In this document: piece after piece, positions 13,701 through 25,900 of the stretch
How the letters are laid out: each line of letters starts with the position of its first letter
Numbering within the stretch: the stretch's first letter is position 1
From: Azolla caroliniana
Taxonomy: Eukaryota > Plantae > Polypodiophyta
Direction: 5' to 3'
DNA: 64,000 nt
Assembly: GCA_043228905.1 (NCBI GenBank)
Contig: JBHGNT010000016.1
Span: 15,438,001-15,502,000, forward strand
The notes under the pieces: generated by a model
What the model was told of the DNA's origin: nothing
What the model saw: only the letters and a program-made list of their open reading frames with translations
The model's database searches: none
Translations under genes and position numbers: made by a program

Positions 13701-15186
13701 CTATTATGAATCTTTGACCATATGATGTCCCTTTTAATCAAATCATCCGTAGAAAAAGATCTAGCTTTCAACAAAAACACGTTCGCGTTCACAAGTGGAA
13801 GGATCGTGTATAAATGGAAGGATAAGGAGTATTTTGATTGATTTTAGTATTTTTTCAATGTTTTTACAAAACACATTGATACCAGTATCATATTGAAAGT
13901 TTCATAATAATCTGCGGCTATTTGCCTCATCTGACTAGAATGCGTGGTATAAGAGCCGTCCTGACATTTTAACCGAGAAATCCTAACAATTGTCTTATGA
14001 TGATTATGCACTGCAAAAAACAGTTTATTTACTTTATCTCCCGACTCTACCCATGTAGACGATATATTATGATAATTAAAATCCACTGAAATCTTTTGTA
14101 GTTCCGATATCTGGTTCCCTACTTGTATCAGTCGGGAATTTATATACCTCGAATATGGTATTCTCTCTTGCAAATGTTGCAAGGATTTCAACCCCCTATG
14201 AAGTCTTCCTATTTTAGTACAAGACTCATAAAATACTTGTTTAGCTTTAAAGTGAAAAAATTGTTGTGTTTCACTAATAGCCTTTTGAACACTAGGTAAT
14301 GCATAATCATATGAATAGTCATATTTATTCCAAATATTATGCACAGTAGGAACACAATCTTGGCTAAGAAACACATGATTTGGAATTCTAAACCTAGAAT
14401 TTCTATGTTGCTCCTGCAAGACTATAACTAAACGAAGTGGTGCATGATTAGAAAAGGAAAATGAAGGTAACATTCCAATTGAACCTCCTTTGTCCCACAA
14501 AAATTTATCCACATAAAATCTATCTAACCTAGACAAATTGGATGTGATTGTTTTCTATCCGAACGTGAATAAGCTAAGGAATCTTGCATGCATTCAAAGG
14601 AAGACACAGGCCACAAGTCCATTAAACCTAAAGAGAAGATCAAACGTTCCCATTCATATAATTCTGATCCAAATAATGGTTGAAATGTGCCTCCTAACCT
14701 ATCACACCCATCCTCCAACATATTAAAGTCACCCACAATTGCCCAATGTTCAACAACTGGTAACTGTGGCATTATGTTCTTCCATAATGCCGTTCTATCT
14801 CTTGCATGATTTGGTGCATAAATATTCAACAAACCCCACTTCTTTGAACCAATTTGAAGAATTATATAATGTCCTCTGCCACAAGCCAAAACTCCGTAAT
14901 GTGAGAAATCAGACCACCAAATATTGCTTATTGCTATGCAAAGACCTGCTTTCAAACTATTATCCCTAGTTGCAGGCACCCATAATTGTTTCCACTAGCC
15001 TGGTAACAAATTTCCATATTTTTGAATTCTTTGTTCATTTAAATGATGCTCTTGAATAAGAAGAACATCAATCCTACCTATCAAAGATTTCCTTAGCTGA
15101 CGGCGAAAAACACTCCTTACCTTACAACAATGTCTACCTCCTAAGCCCATTACATTCCATGAAATAAGATTTAACCTATCCATCAT
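10715..15186 (-). pseudogene. LINE1 ORF2: apurinic endonuclease + reverse transcriptase + zf-RVT, multiple frameshifts/stops
   Basis: ISWNVMGL, IQEHH, NIYAPN, VGDFN, SRLDRFY (endonuclease); WRPITLLN, LDFEKAYDRV, VRQGCPLAP, FADDT (RT); C..C...ESLHYVFWEC (zf-RVT), spread across ORFs 14995-15186, 14524-14979, 13844-14536, 12881-13792, 12062-12700 and 10715-11790. Confidence 0.9.
13775..13897. mobile_element. 123-bp unclassified insertion in LINE1 ORF2
   Basis: Removing it restores AADYYET-LLKARSF in frame; AT-rich, inserted in a T-run with no evident TSD, small hairpins near one end. Confidence 0.6.
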
Positions 15187-16073
15187 TCATGTTTTGCCCT
15201 CCTACTCTCCTTTCGACTAGTGCACCTTCTCTACCTTTCCTTCCATCCTCCGTGGCCCTTAATTGTCTCCTATTTGACCAAATGTCTTTTCCGGACAACT
15301 TATGGGCACGCACTAGCAAATGTTTATCTTCTATAGAAACCCTATCGGAAGACATAACAGCTGTAAAAGCCGATATATTGCCACAGTCCATATCCGTATG
15401 TGATATGTTTACCTTGACCACTTCCTTTGTTGTAAGCTCATTCAATACTATGGACCTATTATCTTGTTGTACTTTATGTAAAACCAATTGTTTGTCCTTA
15501 CTCAATTGATTATTAACCTTAAAAAAAGATTCTACCGTTTGCACCTTAAAAGGTATGTTATTTGTATTATGTTCCAACTGATGCTCCATTGCGGCAACTG
15601 GGAGGGAGAAACCACCATCCACGTTACTACTCCCTGCTTCCTTTTCAAGTGTCTGTAAAGATTGATAAGGATTAGCCTCAAGTAGTAACAGTGGATTAAC
15701 TATCTTATTAGTCGGTTTAAAAACATGTTTAGTAGACACTGTAGACCAACCATCTTTAATAACATCTTGTCGAGTAGTTGGATGGGCATCAACATTGACA
15801 TTCAAGCGTCTCTTTTGAGAATCTCGACCTAAACGCCCAAACTGTCGACACACAAAACATTGATCAGGCAAACCTTGATAATATACCTTTTGTACAACCG
15901 GTGGTTTATTTATAAGTAGATTAGGTAAAGAGATAGTTGTCGGCAAACGGATAGATCTTGGTGCGATTAACTGAATTGTAGGGGCCCCACCCACTCTGTC
16001 TATTCCATAATCCTGTCCGTTACGTGTAGCAATAACCTTACCGAACAAATTCCCAATACAAGGAAGAACATTC

Positions 16074-16580
16074 TGTTGGGAGACAGGTCCCTCCGGATGA
16101 GAAGGGAGAAGAACAGTGCCGATGAACAAACTCGGCCGAGGCCGAAACCGTATGAGGAGGACCCGGCTATGGAGAGCCGGATGGTGCAGACCCAGTATGA
16201 ACCGTATGAGGACCCGGCTACGGAGAGCCGGATGGTGCAGACCCGGTATGAACCGGATGAGGAGTACTCGGCTACGGAGAGCCGGATGGTGTAGACCCGA
16301 TATGAACCGGATGAGGAGTACCCGGCTACGGAGAGCCGGATGGTGCAGACCCGGTATGAACCGGATGAGGAGTACCCGGCTACGGAGAGCCGGATGGTAC
16401 AGACCCGGTGAGAACCGGATGAAGAGACATATTAGTAAATATGTTTCTGAGAGTCCATCGAGGCTACATTTGTAAATAGCCGAAAAATCATATTAGTATA
16501 AATATGACTTAGGGCAAACTTTTAGTAACTGTTGTTGTTGTCATTCTTGTTGGTGCAAGAATAGAGAGTGTGCGTAACTG

Positions 16581-16653
<73 letters not shown>

Positions 16654-16925
16654 GTCGTTGCCTTTGTTGTAACCGCCGCCTGTGGCGAAGATCTGTGAGC
16701 ACGAGGTCGTTGCCTCAGTGAACTCACTGTTGTACATTCTTACATAGTGACAGTTTGCAGCATGTGGGCTGCCGTGGTTTTTTTCCCTTAGTTTGGGGTT
16801 TTCCACGTAAACCTCTTGTGTATCTTCCTCTTCTTTGTGTCGTGTTTTATTTCCCATTTTCTGTGTATCATTCTAAGCTCGGTTGTGGCCGAGCGTTGTG
16901 CATAAGGAGCGTTGAGTTCCCGTCA
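16074..16925 (+). mobile_element. Solo LTR (852 bp) with 54-bp tandem repeats and (GA)n
   Basis: TGTTGGGA...TCCCGTCA ends; 5-bp TSD CATTC/CATTT (1 mismatch); TATA-like GTATAAATA at ~16497; same family as 61544-62100 and 63046 onward. Confidence 0.85.
16146..16422. repeat. Five ~54-bp tandem repeats inside the solo LTR
   Basis: AACCGGATGAGGAGTACCCGGCTACGGAGAGCCGGATGGTGCAGACCCGGTATG units at 16251, 16305 and 16359, a partial unit starting at 16413, and two variant copies upstream. Confidence 0.9.
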
Positions 16926-18129
16926 CATTTCTCCATTCTTTCCTCAATCTAGGAAATATTGCCGTAAAAACCATACTAGATTCTTGATCCTGCAATATCT
17001 CATCTACGTTAATATTATGCAACCATTTATGAAAAGATAACCACGCACCTTCCACTCCCACATCCTTAATTGCCAATAACTTTGTGATGGATTCCTCATC
17101 GGGAAACTCCACATGGTAACATCCTCGAGACATGATTTGAATGTCGACAATGTTATCCGTTTCCTCCGAAAAAGCAGCGTACAAAGTATGACGAAGCTCT
17201 GATGTATTCAATCTCGCACCCTGTACCCGCACTACCAAAGAAAACACCTGTAAACGTTGTACCTCTCCCAAAACTGTGATTTTATCCTCCTCCGACAACA
17301 CAAGTCGACTTGCTCATCACATAGATGAGGCGAAAGTTGGGGGGGTACACTGGACTCCCCTGTACACATATATGGTCCAGCCACATATGGAACGTGTGTC
17401 TGATCCGCTGTCGACCTCCTGCTCGTGGTGGAACTAGCTCGCACTGTGGCGGCACTGTTTGCGCCACCTGCGACCTGCTCGTTTTCTGCCTGTTGCATCG
17501 TTCACGACCTGCTGTGACTTGCTTGTTTTCGTGCTGTACATGTTCAATATTTGTGTCACATTGATGATGCTTTCTTTTATGGTTAAATTTTAAATTGACA
17601 TTGTAAATAATAAGAGTGAAGGTATAAAACTCCAAGAAAGTTGTTGTATGGCCTTATCCAAGCATGGCCATGAGCTACAATCACATTTGAAGTGATTGAA
17701 GTTGTTGTGCCAAGTTTCAATATGCATAAAAAAGTTCTTTAATAGTTGCATAATATTTCCAATGTGTTTTCTACATGTAAATCATTAGTGTCAAACCATA
17801 AGGATACACCAAATGAAATAAGTATTCCCATAATATTGCACATTTGTTTGTTTGTTTTTCCAAAAAAAAACACTGCTTCACATTAGTTAACAAACAAAAT
17901 ACATCAATTTTCAGGCAATTAAGATTCATAAGGCCTAACCTTAGAGAGATCTATATACCCAACAACTCCGAAAACCAACAACAAATTTAGCAAAACTCAC
18001 GCAGGCCTTCCCCTCACAAATTTGATCATAATCCCCACCCTCTCATTTACAAATAAAATTATCCCACCTACTCTTTTACAACAAAGTTATTTGGGTACCA
18101 CAACTATGGTACCTTAGTTGTATCAGAAC

Positions 18130-18570
18130 TATACATATTTACATTTCATGTCCACTAATGGGAGCCATTCGTGGAAACAACCAGCCACCTGGGTGCTTGG
18201 TAGTTCCCTTTAGGCCTTGTTGAAGATGACCATCATAGGAGAACCACCCCATTTCAGCAAAATCTTACCCATTTCAGCAAAATCTTTGACTGTGCCCTTT
18301 CTACCTCATCCTAGTCCCCCTGAATTGAGTCATACAAGCTCAAACCAGATATTTAGCAATGCCACGCCGCTTGGGAGCTTTTGCTGCTAAAAGACCAACT
18401 TACAACGCCTAGTCCAAATGTGCCAGAATAATAAGCATGCCACCATCATCCATATCTCCTCAAAAAATGTAGTGTTTGTGCTAGGTCACACTTTAGCACA
18501 TTGGAACACGCTGCCACCTTGCACTATAAATCTATGACCTAGTGGGTTTAACTGTTCCTCCAAGCCTTCC
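18130..18570 (-). pseudogene. LINE2 (L1-type) ORF2 extreme 3' fragment; continues at 58932
   Basis: FEEIWMMVACLLFWHIWTRRCKLVF motif; joins in frame (LKLTGE|GLEEQLNP) to 58932 onward once the 40-kb insertion is removed. Confidence 0.75.
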
Positions 18571-19030
18571 TGTTGAGAATTAAGCTCAACCTAACATTGT
18601 GTGTGAACACACCCTTTGAGAATCTATGAGCACTCAAAGGTCAAGGGTCACACAACTCTCTACACATTAACTATGTGTCATAGAATCATATTCTTTGATA
18701 CATAACTAATGAGTTCCATATTCCCCATGACTATTGAGTCTTCACATTCCTCAAGGTTCTAAAGAGAGAGTGGACATTGTAGTAAGTTAATGAAGACAGA
18801 GGGTGACCTTATATAAAGCACCCTCCACCTACTTCATACATTGTCGGTTGTCCTCCCTTGTAATGCTACATTTTTGTATCTCATATTCTCCTTGTGAATA
18901 TACACTTTCTTCTTGAGTATTCTATTTTCCATTCTATCTTGTGTTTTCTCTTCTCTCCTCTCTTTCCTCTCACACATACACATAACACACATCTCTTCCG
19001 CTGCACAAGAATCATATCCGATTTTTTACA
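18571..19030 (+). repeat. Copia A 5' LTR (460 bp)
   Basis: TGTTGAGAAT...TTTTACA; about 5-6% diverged by eye from 58477-58931. Confidence 0.92.
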
Positions 19031-20366
19031 CGATATCAAAGCGGTTTGGTAGCTCGATCTAGCCTATCCGCGCGTGTTGTGTTCTACGTCGATGTTCAAG
19101 AATGTAAAGAATCAAAAGATGGATTCTTGTGAAACGGAAGAGATGTGAGTTATGTGTGTGTGTAAGAGAGAGAGAGAGAGAGAGTGAAACACAGAGAATA
19201 CGCAAGGTAAAAGTATATTGACAAAGGAGAAAGACTCAACATTTTACAAAGAGGGAGGAGGGTGCTTTATATAGTCACCCTCTCTCTTCATTAACTACAA
19301 GACTCATGGAGCATGGGGAATGTGAAAGCTCATAAGTTATGTGTCATAGAATATGATTCTATGACTCATACTAAATGCTAGAATACAAAGTGGTGACTTA
19401 ATGGTGACTCTTGACTGTTGGAGTGTCTATTCACTCTCAAGGTGAGTTCACACACTAGACCAAGTTGAGCTTGATTCTCAACACGCCCCCTCAAGCTCAA
19501 GTCGGGTCGGGTTTAGATGGTATTTGAAATCCGCTTCGACTCGCGTTCCGGAATCCACGTTGACTCGCGTCGACTTGCATTTATGCGGAGTTGCGGAATC
19601 CGTGCTCCAGCTTGCGTTGTGCGTAGTTGCGAAGTCTGCGCTTCGGCTTGCGTCTTTCTTCGCGGCTTTGCACGGTAGATCGGCTCTTCGCGGCTTCGTT
19701 ACGTGGTTGCGTAATCCATGCGTTCTTGCGTAGTGTGCGCGTTTTGCGAAATCCACGCGTTATTGCGTAATGTCTTCAGTACTCCCCCTCAAGCTTGGCA
19801 GGTCAGGGATCGTCAACCCAAGCTTGGCCATGAATTGCCATAGCTTGTCGGCTCCTATGGCTTTAATGAAGATGTCGGCTATTTTAAGATTGGTGCTAAT
19901 GTGTTGTAGGTCAACATCGCCAGCTAGAACACGCTCTCGGATGAAGTGATAGTGCACTTCGATGTGCTTTGTCCATGCATGGAACACCGGGTTCCGAGCT
20001 AGATAGATACTGCTCATGTTGTTGCAGTAAAGGGAAGTCGGATCCTTGATGGGTACGCCCAGATCCTTCAAAATCCTCTTGAGCCATACGGCTTCACACG
20101 TAGGTACGGTTGCGCCCTTGTATTCCGCCTCCGTACTTGAAAGAGCGACGATAGGCTGCTTCTTGCTACTCTAGGATATTGCTCCGCTGCCGAGGGAGAA
20201 AACAAATCCGGAGGTTGATCTTCTATCAACTTTGTAGTCGGCCCAATCGGCGTCTGTGTACCCCTCGAGTCGTATTGGCATCGCGGTCTTGTAGAGGATG
20301 CCGCAATCCATTGTGCCGCTCACGTAGCGTAGAACTCGCTTAGCGCAATCCAAGTGAGTATCATGC

Positions 20367-21009
20367 TGTTGTGAAGATTCGCGTGTGCGTGTGCTACTCG
20401 AGCGACCACCGGGGTCTTGGATTGGGGAGGATGTTTGCAGAATTATAGAGAGATGACGATCAATGTAAGATTAGATGAAATTGGTTTACTTGAGAAGAAG
20501 AAAGATTGTACACTTGAGAAGTAGAAAAATATGAAGAAGATAAAGACAAATATAATTATATTGATGATAATGGTGTTGGTGATATCACATATTGAGCCCC
20601 CCTTACACAAGCCCAACTAGAGGCTTTTATAGGTCTTTCCATGCTTGTGACATGCACAAAACCATGGGCTAAAACCATGGTTTTGTGCACACGGTTTTGC
20701 TTATGTCATGCACAAACCATGGGTTTAGAACCATGGTTTTGTGCACATGGTTTTCTATGGTTGTTTCATCTATAATTCGTATATAAAGAGGAAATACATA
20801 AAATCTGCACTATATGATAGTTGTCCTAATGGTAAGACAATCATCTTGTATCTTAGAGGTGCAAGGTTCAAACCTTGCTTGCACCCCTCTACTTGAACTC
20901 AAGTGCCACTAGGCCTTAGGTTTATTTGCTAAGTGCATGTGCAATGTTGCACATCCTTGGTTTATTCGTCTCACTCGGTTTCACACCGTAGCCGAAAATC
21001 GTCACGACA
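20367..21009 (-). mobile_element. Solo LTR (643 bp) inserted in Copia B RT/RNase H
   Basis: TGTTGTGA...TCACGACA ends; 4-bp TSD ATGC (20363-20366, 21010-21013); host frame FMQTPH|DTHLD restored on removal; orientation inferred from a minus-strand TATAAAA. Confidence 0.85.
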
Positions 21010-22916
21010 ATGCGGTGTTTGCATGAATTGGCTAAGGAGACCGACTGGATAACTGAGATCAGGTCGTGTGATCATGAGGTAGATGAGACTCCCGATGAGT
21101 TCCTGATATTGAGTCGGCTCACACGCTTTGGTGCCGGAGTTCGCATCTAGTTTGAGATTGCGATCGAGCGGGGTTGTTGCAGATTTGCACTCAACCATCC
21201 CGAACTTGTATAACAGGTTGAGGATGTAGTGCCGTTGAGAGATCATGATTCTAGCCAGAGTCCGAATTACCTCGATGCCGAGGAAGTAGTGGAGCTCCTT
21301 CATGTCCGTCATCTCGAACTTGTCGGAAAGGAGGGATTTGACTTTATTGATTTCGATGAGATGCTCACCTCCAATGACTAGGTCATCCACATATAAAATG
21401 ATGACGATCGGACTTGCGGAATCGCTTCGTATGTAGAGGGAGTTGTCCGATTTTGACATATGGAAGCCGATTTGATGAAGATATTGTGTTATATTCGAAT
21501 GCCAAGCACGCGGTGCTTGCTTGAGGCCGTAGAGTGGCTTCTTGAGTCAGCAAACCGCTTTCGGATGGGTGCTCGAGTTGAAGCCGGGTGGTTGGATCAT
21601 GTACACCTCCTCTTCTAATTCGCCTTGTAGAAAGGCGTTCTTGACGTCCATTTGATGGAGGTGCCACCCTTTCGCCACGGCAATCGCAATTACGGTCCGC
21701 ACCATCGTCATCTTTGCCACTTGGGCAAAGGTCTCTTCATAGTTGACGCGATGCGTCTGAGCGTATCCTTTCGCTACGAGTTGAGCTTTGTAGTGGTTTA
21801 CGGAGCCATCGGCGTTATACTTCACCTTGTAGATCCATCTTATTATAGATCTAAGTACTAAAGTAAGCTTAAGATAAGGATAAAGTAATGATAGATAGAA
21901 AGGAGAAAGAGAAAGAAGGGTGCCGATCCACCCGACCACCCCCGAGCGGAGGGATCGAGACGGACTCGAGCCTCGATCGGCGTCCCATACCACCGTCGTG
22001 GCGTCAAGTCGTACCTGGTGCTAGCGCGCTCGCTACAAGAGTTGACCCACCACAAGAGCAGAGTCTCGATGTAGTCAAAAGATGATGAAATGAGGGTAGC
22101 TAGGCCTCTTATTTATAGCGATACCCAAGGCCCCCAGGCAAATTCACACTTGACCTAATGGGTTGTCTCAATCTCGAGGATTAAAAGTAATCCTCCCCTT
22201 CTTTACACTCTCGTTTAACCCTCACACTTATCCACGTGTATAGAATACTACGGTAAATTCTCACCACGGGATATTAAATGGTCATGCCCATAACATACTC
22301 CCCCTCTTTAAAACATTGCACTCTTGCAATGGAAAGTTAGGGAAATTAGTTATGAGAGTATTTTCACGTTCCCATGTGGCATCTTTTATTGATTTATCCA
22401 TCCATTTTATTTTAAATTCTCGGATTTCTTTAGTACGTAATTTTTTTGTTTTAATATCGAGAATTCTTTCTGGTACATGTGGTTTAGAAGATAATTCTTC
22501 AGAAGTAACCAAAGTTTCAGTTGTAATTGTATTGTCGCCAGAACCTAGAAGTTCTTTTAGACGACTCACATGAAAGATTGGATGAATTCCGACACCATCG
22601 GGAAGAGCGAGACGATAGGCTGATGACCCAATGTGTTTGAGGAATGTAAAAGGTCCACAAAACCGTGGGGCTAACTTAGCGCACTTACCCATAGACAATG
22701 TCTTAGAATTGTGAGGTACACATAAAAATACCTTCTGTCCAGGGTTGAATACACGAGGTTGCCTATGATGATCGGCATAAAAACGCGCTCTATCTTGAGC
22801 TGTTTTTATATTATCTCATGCAATATGCAACATATCTTGCATATCCCGAAGAAAGTTTTGCATACTTTGCAACTCATCATGATGTATATTAACATCAATC
22901 GGGGCTCGTGGCTGAA

Positions 22917-25900
22917 TGTCGAATACAAGTGTATAATGGACGTATTCACACTATCCCTTTGTATAGCTCAAGTTTGGGCCATTTGTGTAATTAGCATAAA
23001 TGGTAGTTGCCCTAAGTTTGTCACTATATAAAGTGACCTAGTAACCTTTTTGTAAGGTTGGTTGTATTATTGTTTTCTATTGAATAGAAAGAGTCTTTTT
23101 GTGCCTTCTCTCTCTCTCTCTCTCTGTGCACGATCGTGGTGCTGTCATACGCAGGTACTCAACCCCAATCGAATGCTACTTGATCTTCCGCATTGACGGC
23201 CTTGTCTATAACATTTGGTATCAGAGCAGAGGTCCCTCAACCCGCTGTCGGCCGTCGTCTCAGCCTGCACAGCATTCGGTTCTTCGTTTCATCCTAGTCT
23301 GCAAAGCATTCGGCTTCTTGCGTCATTCGAAGAAACAGAGAAGAAGAAGAAAAACGAGGCTTGCATCTCATCGTGTTAGATCATCTTCGCTTGGAGTAAG
23401 CCAGCCGGTTGTACTCTGTTCCTTGTGATCGTAACCGCTCGAGGTGAAATCCCCTTGTGCAACATTGACACGATCGTGCTCCACTCGGTTAAACGGCATC
23501 CGAAGAGGTCATCAAACGCTGCTCGCCGCTCATTGTAACCACTCGGTGCAGATCGGTCTCAAGACAAGAACCCCAATTCGTGCTTCATCCGGCTGATCGA
23601 CATTCAGGAGGATCAGTTGGATCCGTCTCTCTCGTCGCTGCAGTCACCCGAAGCAGAATCGGTCCAGACAATCGGTTTCAATAATCGGTATTTGGCATAT
23701 ATATTCGGAAGCGAACCGGGCTCACTCCGACTCGGCAACATTCGGGAAGACCAGTCGGTTCTGTCCCTCAAGTTACCGGAGTCAATTCGAGCAAGTTCAA
23801 CAATACATATATCCGAAGCCGAACCGACTCGGGTTCAAATCCGACTAGAACGATATCGGGTGAGCCAACCGGCTGCACTCCAACAAGGTTCGTAGTCAAC
23901 TCCGAACCGAGCTTCGTCAACCGAAACCAAATTTGATGGCATCAACATCCGGCTCGTCAGAAATGAGTCTACGAAAGTTCGATGGATCGAACTTCAACTT
24001 CTGGAAGGAGCAAATGCAGGACTATCTCATAGTCAAGGGGCAAATCGATCCCATCGAAAATGAAGAACCTCCAGAAGGATACAAACCAATTGAGTGGCAG
24101 AAGCTGGACAGAATCGTCCGCGCCACGATTTGGATGCACCTATCGGAATCGGTATACTTTACGGTGCAATCGTGTACGACAGCATTCGAACTGTGGAAAA
24201 CACTGTCGGACACCTACGAAAAGAAGGTCGCCGCAACGAAGATGTTTCTGATCCGGCGCCTCTACAACTTGCGGATGAAAGAATCAGATTCGGTTCAAGC
24301 ACATCTCAATGAGTACGAAAGCATAAGCTCCCAAATCTCATCTCAGGGGACGGCAATCGAGGATGAACTCAGAGCAATGATACTCATGAGCAGCCTTCCC
24401 TCATCATGGGAAACTTTCGTCACAACCGTGTGCAACGCGTCAACCACGGCTGTTAAATACTCCGAAGTCACGAGCGCAATCCTGACCGAAGCAGCTCGGA
24501 GAAAGTCTTTCGCCAAAGACTCAACAGACGACGCTTATGTAGTACAAGGTTCGACAGACCGATCGAACATACGAGGAAGAGATTCCTCACGGCAGCCGAA
24601 CAATCTGCGAAGACGGAGCCAGTCACGGGATAATCGAATCTGCAACTATTGCAAGAAACCCGGACACATCAAAGCCGACTGCCGCGCACTCAAGAACAAG
24701 AACGACAAGTCTCAGAAATCAGACAAGAAGAGTGGCCGGCATGAGGAGATCAATTACGTCAGCTTCTCAGCTGATGTGCTACCAAACGACCCGAATATAC
24801 TATCAATCGAAAATCCAGACGGATCAGAAGTTCTGCTCACGACTGAAGAATCGAGCACATGGCTCTTAGATTCGGGCGTGTCATTTCACGTGACTCCTCA
24901 TCGATCCCAATTTCGGCAATATACGATCCGTCACTCCGACTCAGTTCGAGTCGGCAACTCGCAACACTGTGACATCATTGGAATCGGCACAGTAGAGCTC
25001 AACCTTGCAGGTGGCTCTACACTTGTACTTCACAATGTCCGACATGTACCCGAGCTCTCAAGGCCATTGATCTCAGTCGGACAACTAGATGAAGACGGCA
25101 TTCGTGCCAGTTTTTCTTCGGGAGGGTGGACACTCCACAGGGGGAACCTCCTGCTTGCTAGAGGACCCAAGATACACTCACTGTATCCGTTACATGTTAC
25201 GCTCAGAGAGGGTAACCTGTTTTTGGTGGATATTCCTGTGTCATCACTATGGCACAGAAGATTAGGACACCTCAGCAAGGCCGGCATTACGCACCTATCT
25301 AGAGCCGGATACATCCCTAAACTCTCCTTCTCGGACCATCAATTCTGCGAACATTGCCAGTATGGCAAACAAGCAGCCGCATCACACCCGACATCAGCAC
25401 CAAGAGAAACGAGACCTCTCGATTTAGTCCACTCGGACGTCTGTGGCCCAATGCCGCATCAGTCTCTCGGCGGTGCCTCTTACTTCGTCAGTTTTATTGA
25501 CGATTCGACTCGAAAGGTGTGGGCTTATCCAATTCGCACCAAAGATCGTGTCTTCTCGATCTTCTCCGATTGGCTCGCTATGGTAGAAAATCAAACTGAC
25601 CGAAAACTGAAATGCTTTCGGACCGACAATGGGGGAGAGTTCAAATCAGAAGAATTCGTCAAATTCTGCCGACAACACGGCATCCGACGTGAATTTACGG
25701 CACCACACAGTTCGGAGCAAAACGGGATTGCAGAACGCATGAATCGGACAATCCAAGAACGGATAGTTTCCATGCTCCAACACTCCGGACTGTCGGATGG
25801 CTTCTGGGCAGAGGCTCTACTCACGGCAGTACACATAATCAATATGTCGCCAAGCAGACCTCTAGGACTTCAAATTCCTCAGGAACTATGGATCGGCAGT

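Larger units (their letters stand above)
15176..17498 (-). pseudogene. LINE1 ORF1 (RRM/DUF4283-like region + degenerate zinc knuckle), split by a solo LTR
   Basis: RKEWRN|VLPCIG reads through once the LTR is removed; degenerate CCHC knuckle (CFVCRQFGRLGRDS); overlaps the ORF2 start at 15176-15186. Confidence 0.75.
10715..17500 (-). mobile_element. L1-clade LINE (LINE1), near full-length, decayed; outer ends not resolved
   Basis: ORF1 and ORF2 fragments in canonical order on the minus strand; interrupted by a solo LTR and a 123-bp insertion; no TSD identified. Confidence 0.88.

Noticed and set aside
16076-16475. Repetitive Arg-rich ORFs
   Set aside because: By-products of the 54-bp LTR tandem repeat.
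20815-20890. Functional tRNA gene
   Set aside because: Acceptor and anticodon stems cannot be formed convincingly; kept only as a tRNA-like module inside an LTR.
23099-23895. Extra ORFs upstream of Copia D gag
   Set aside because: No ATG-supported conserved domain; GC-rich leader with few stops.
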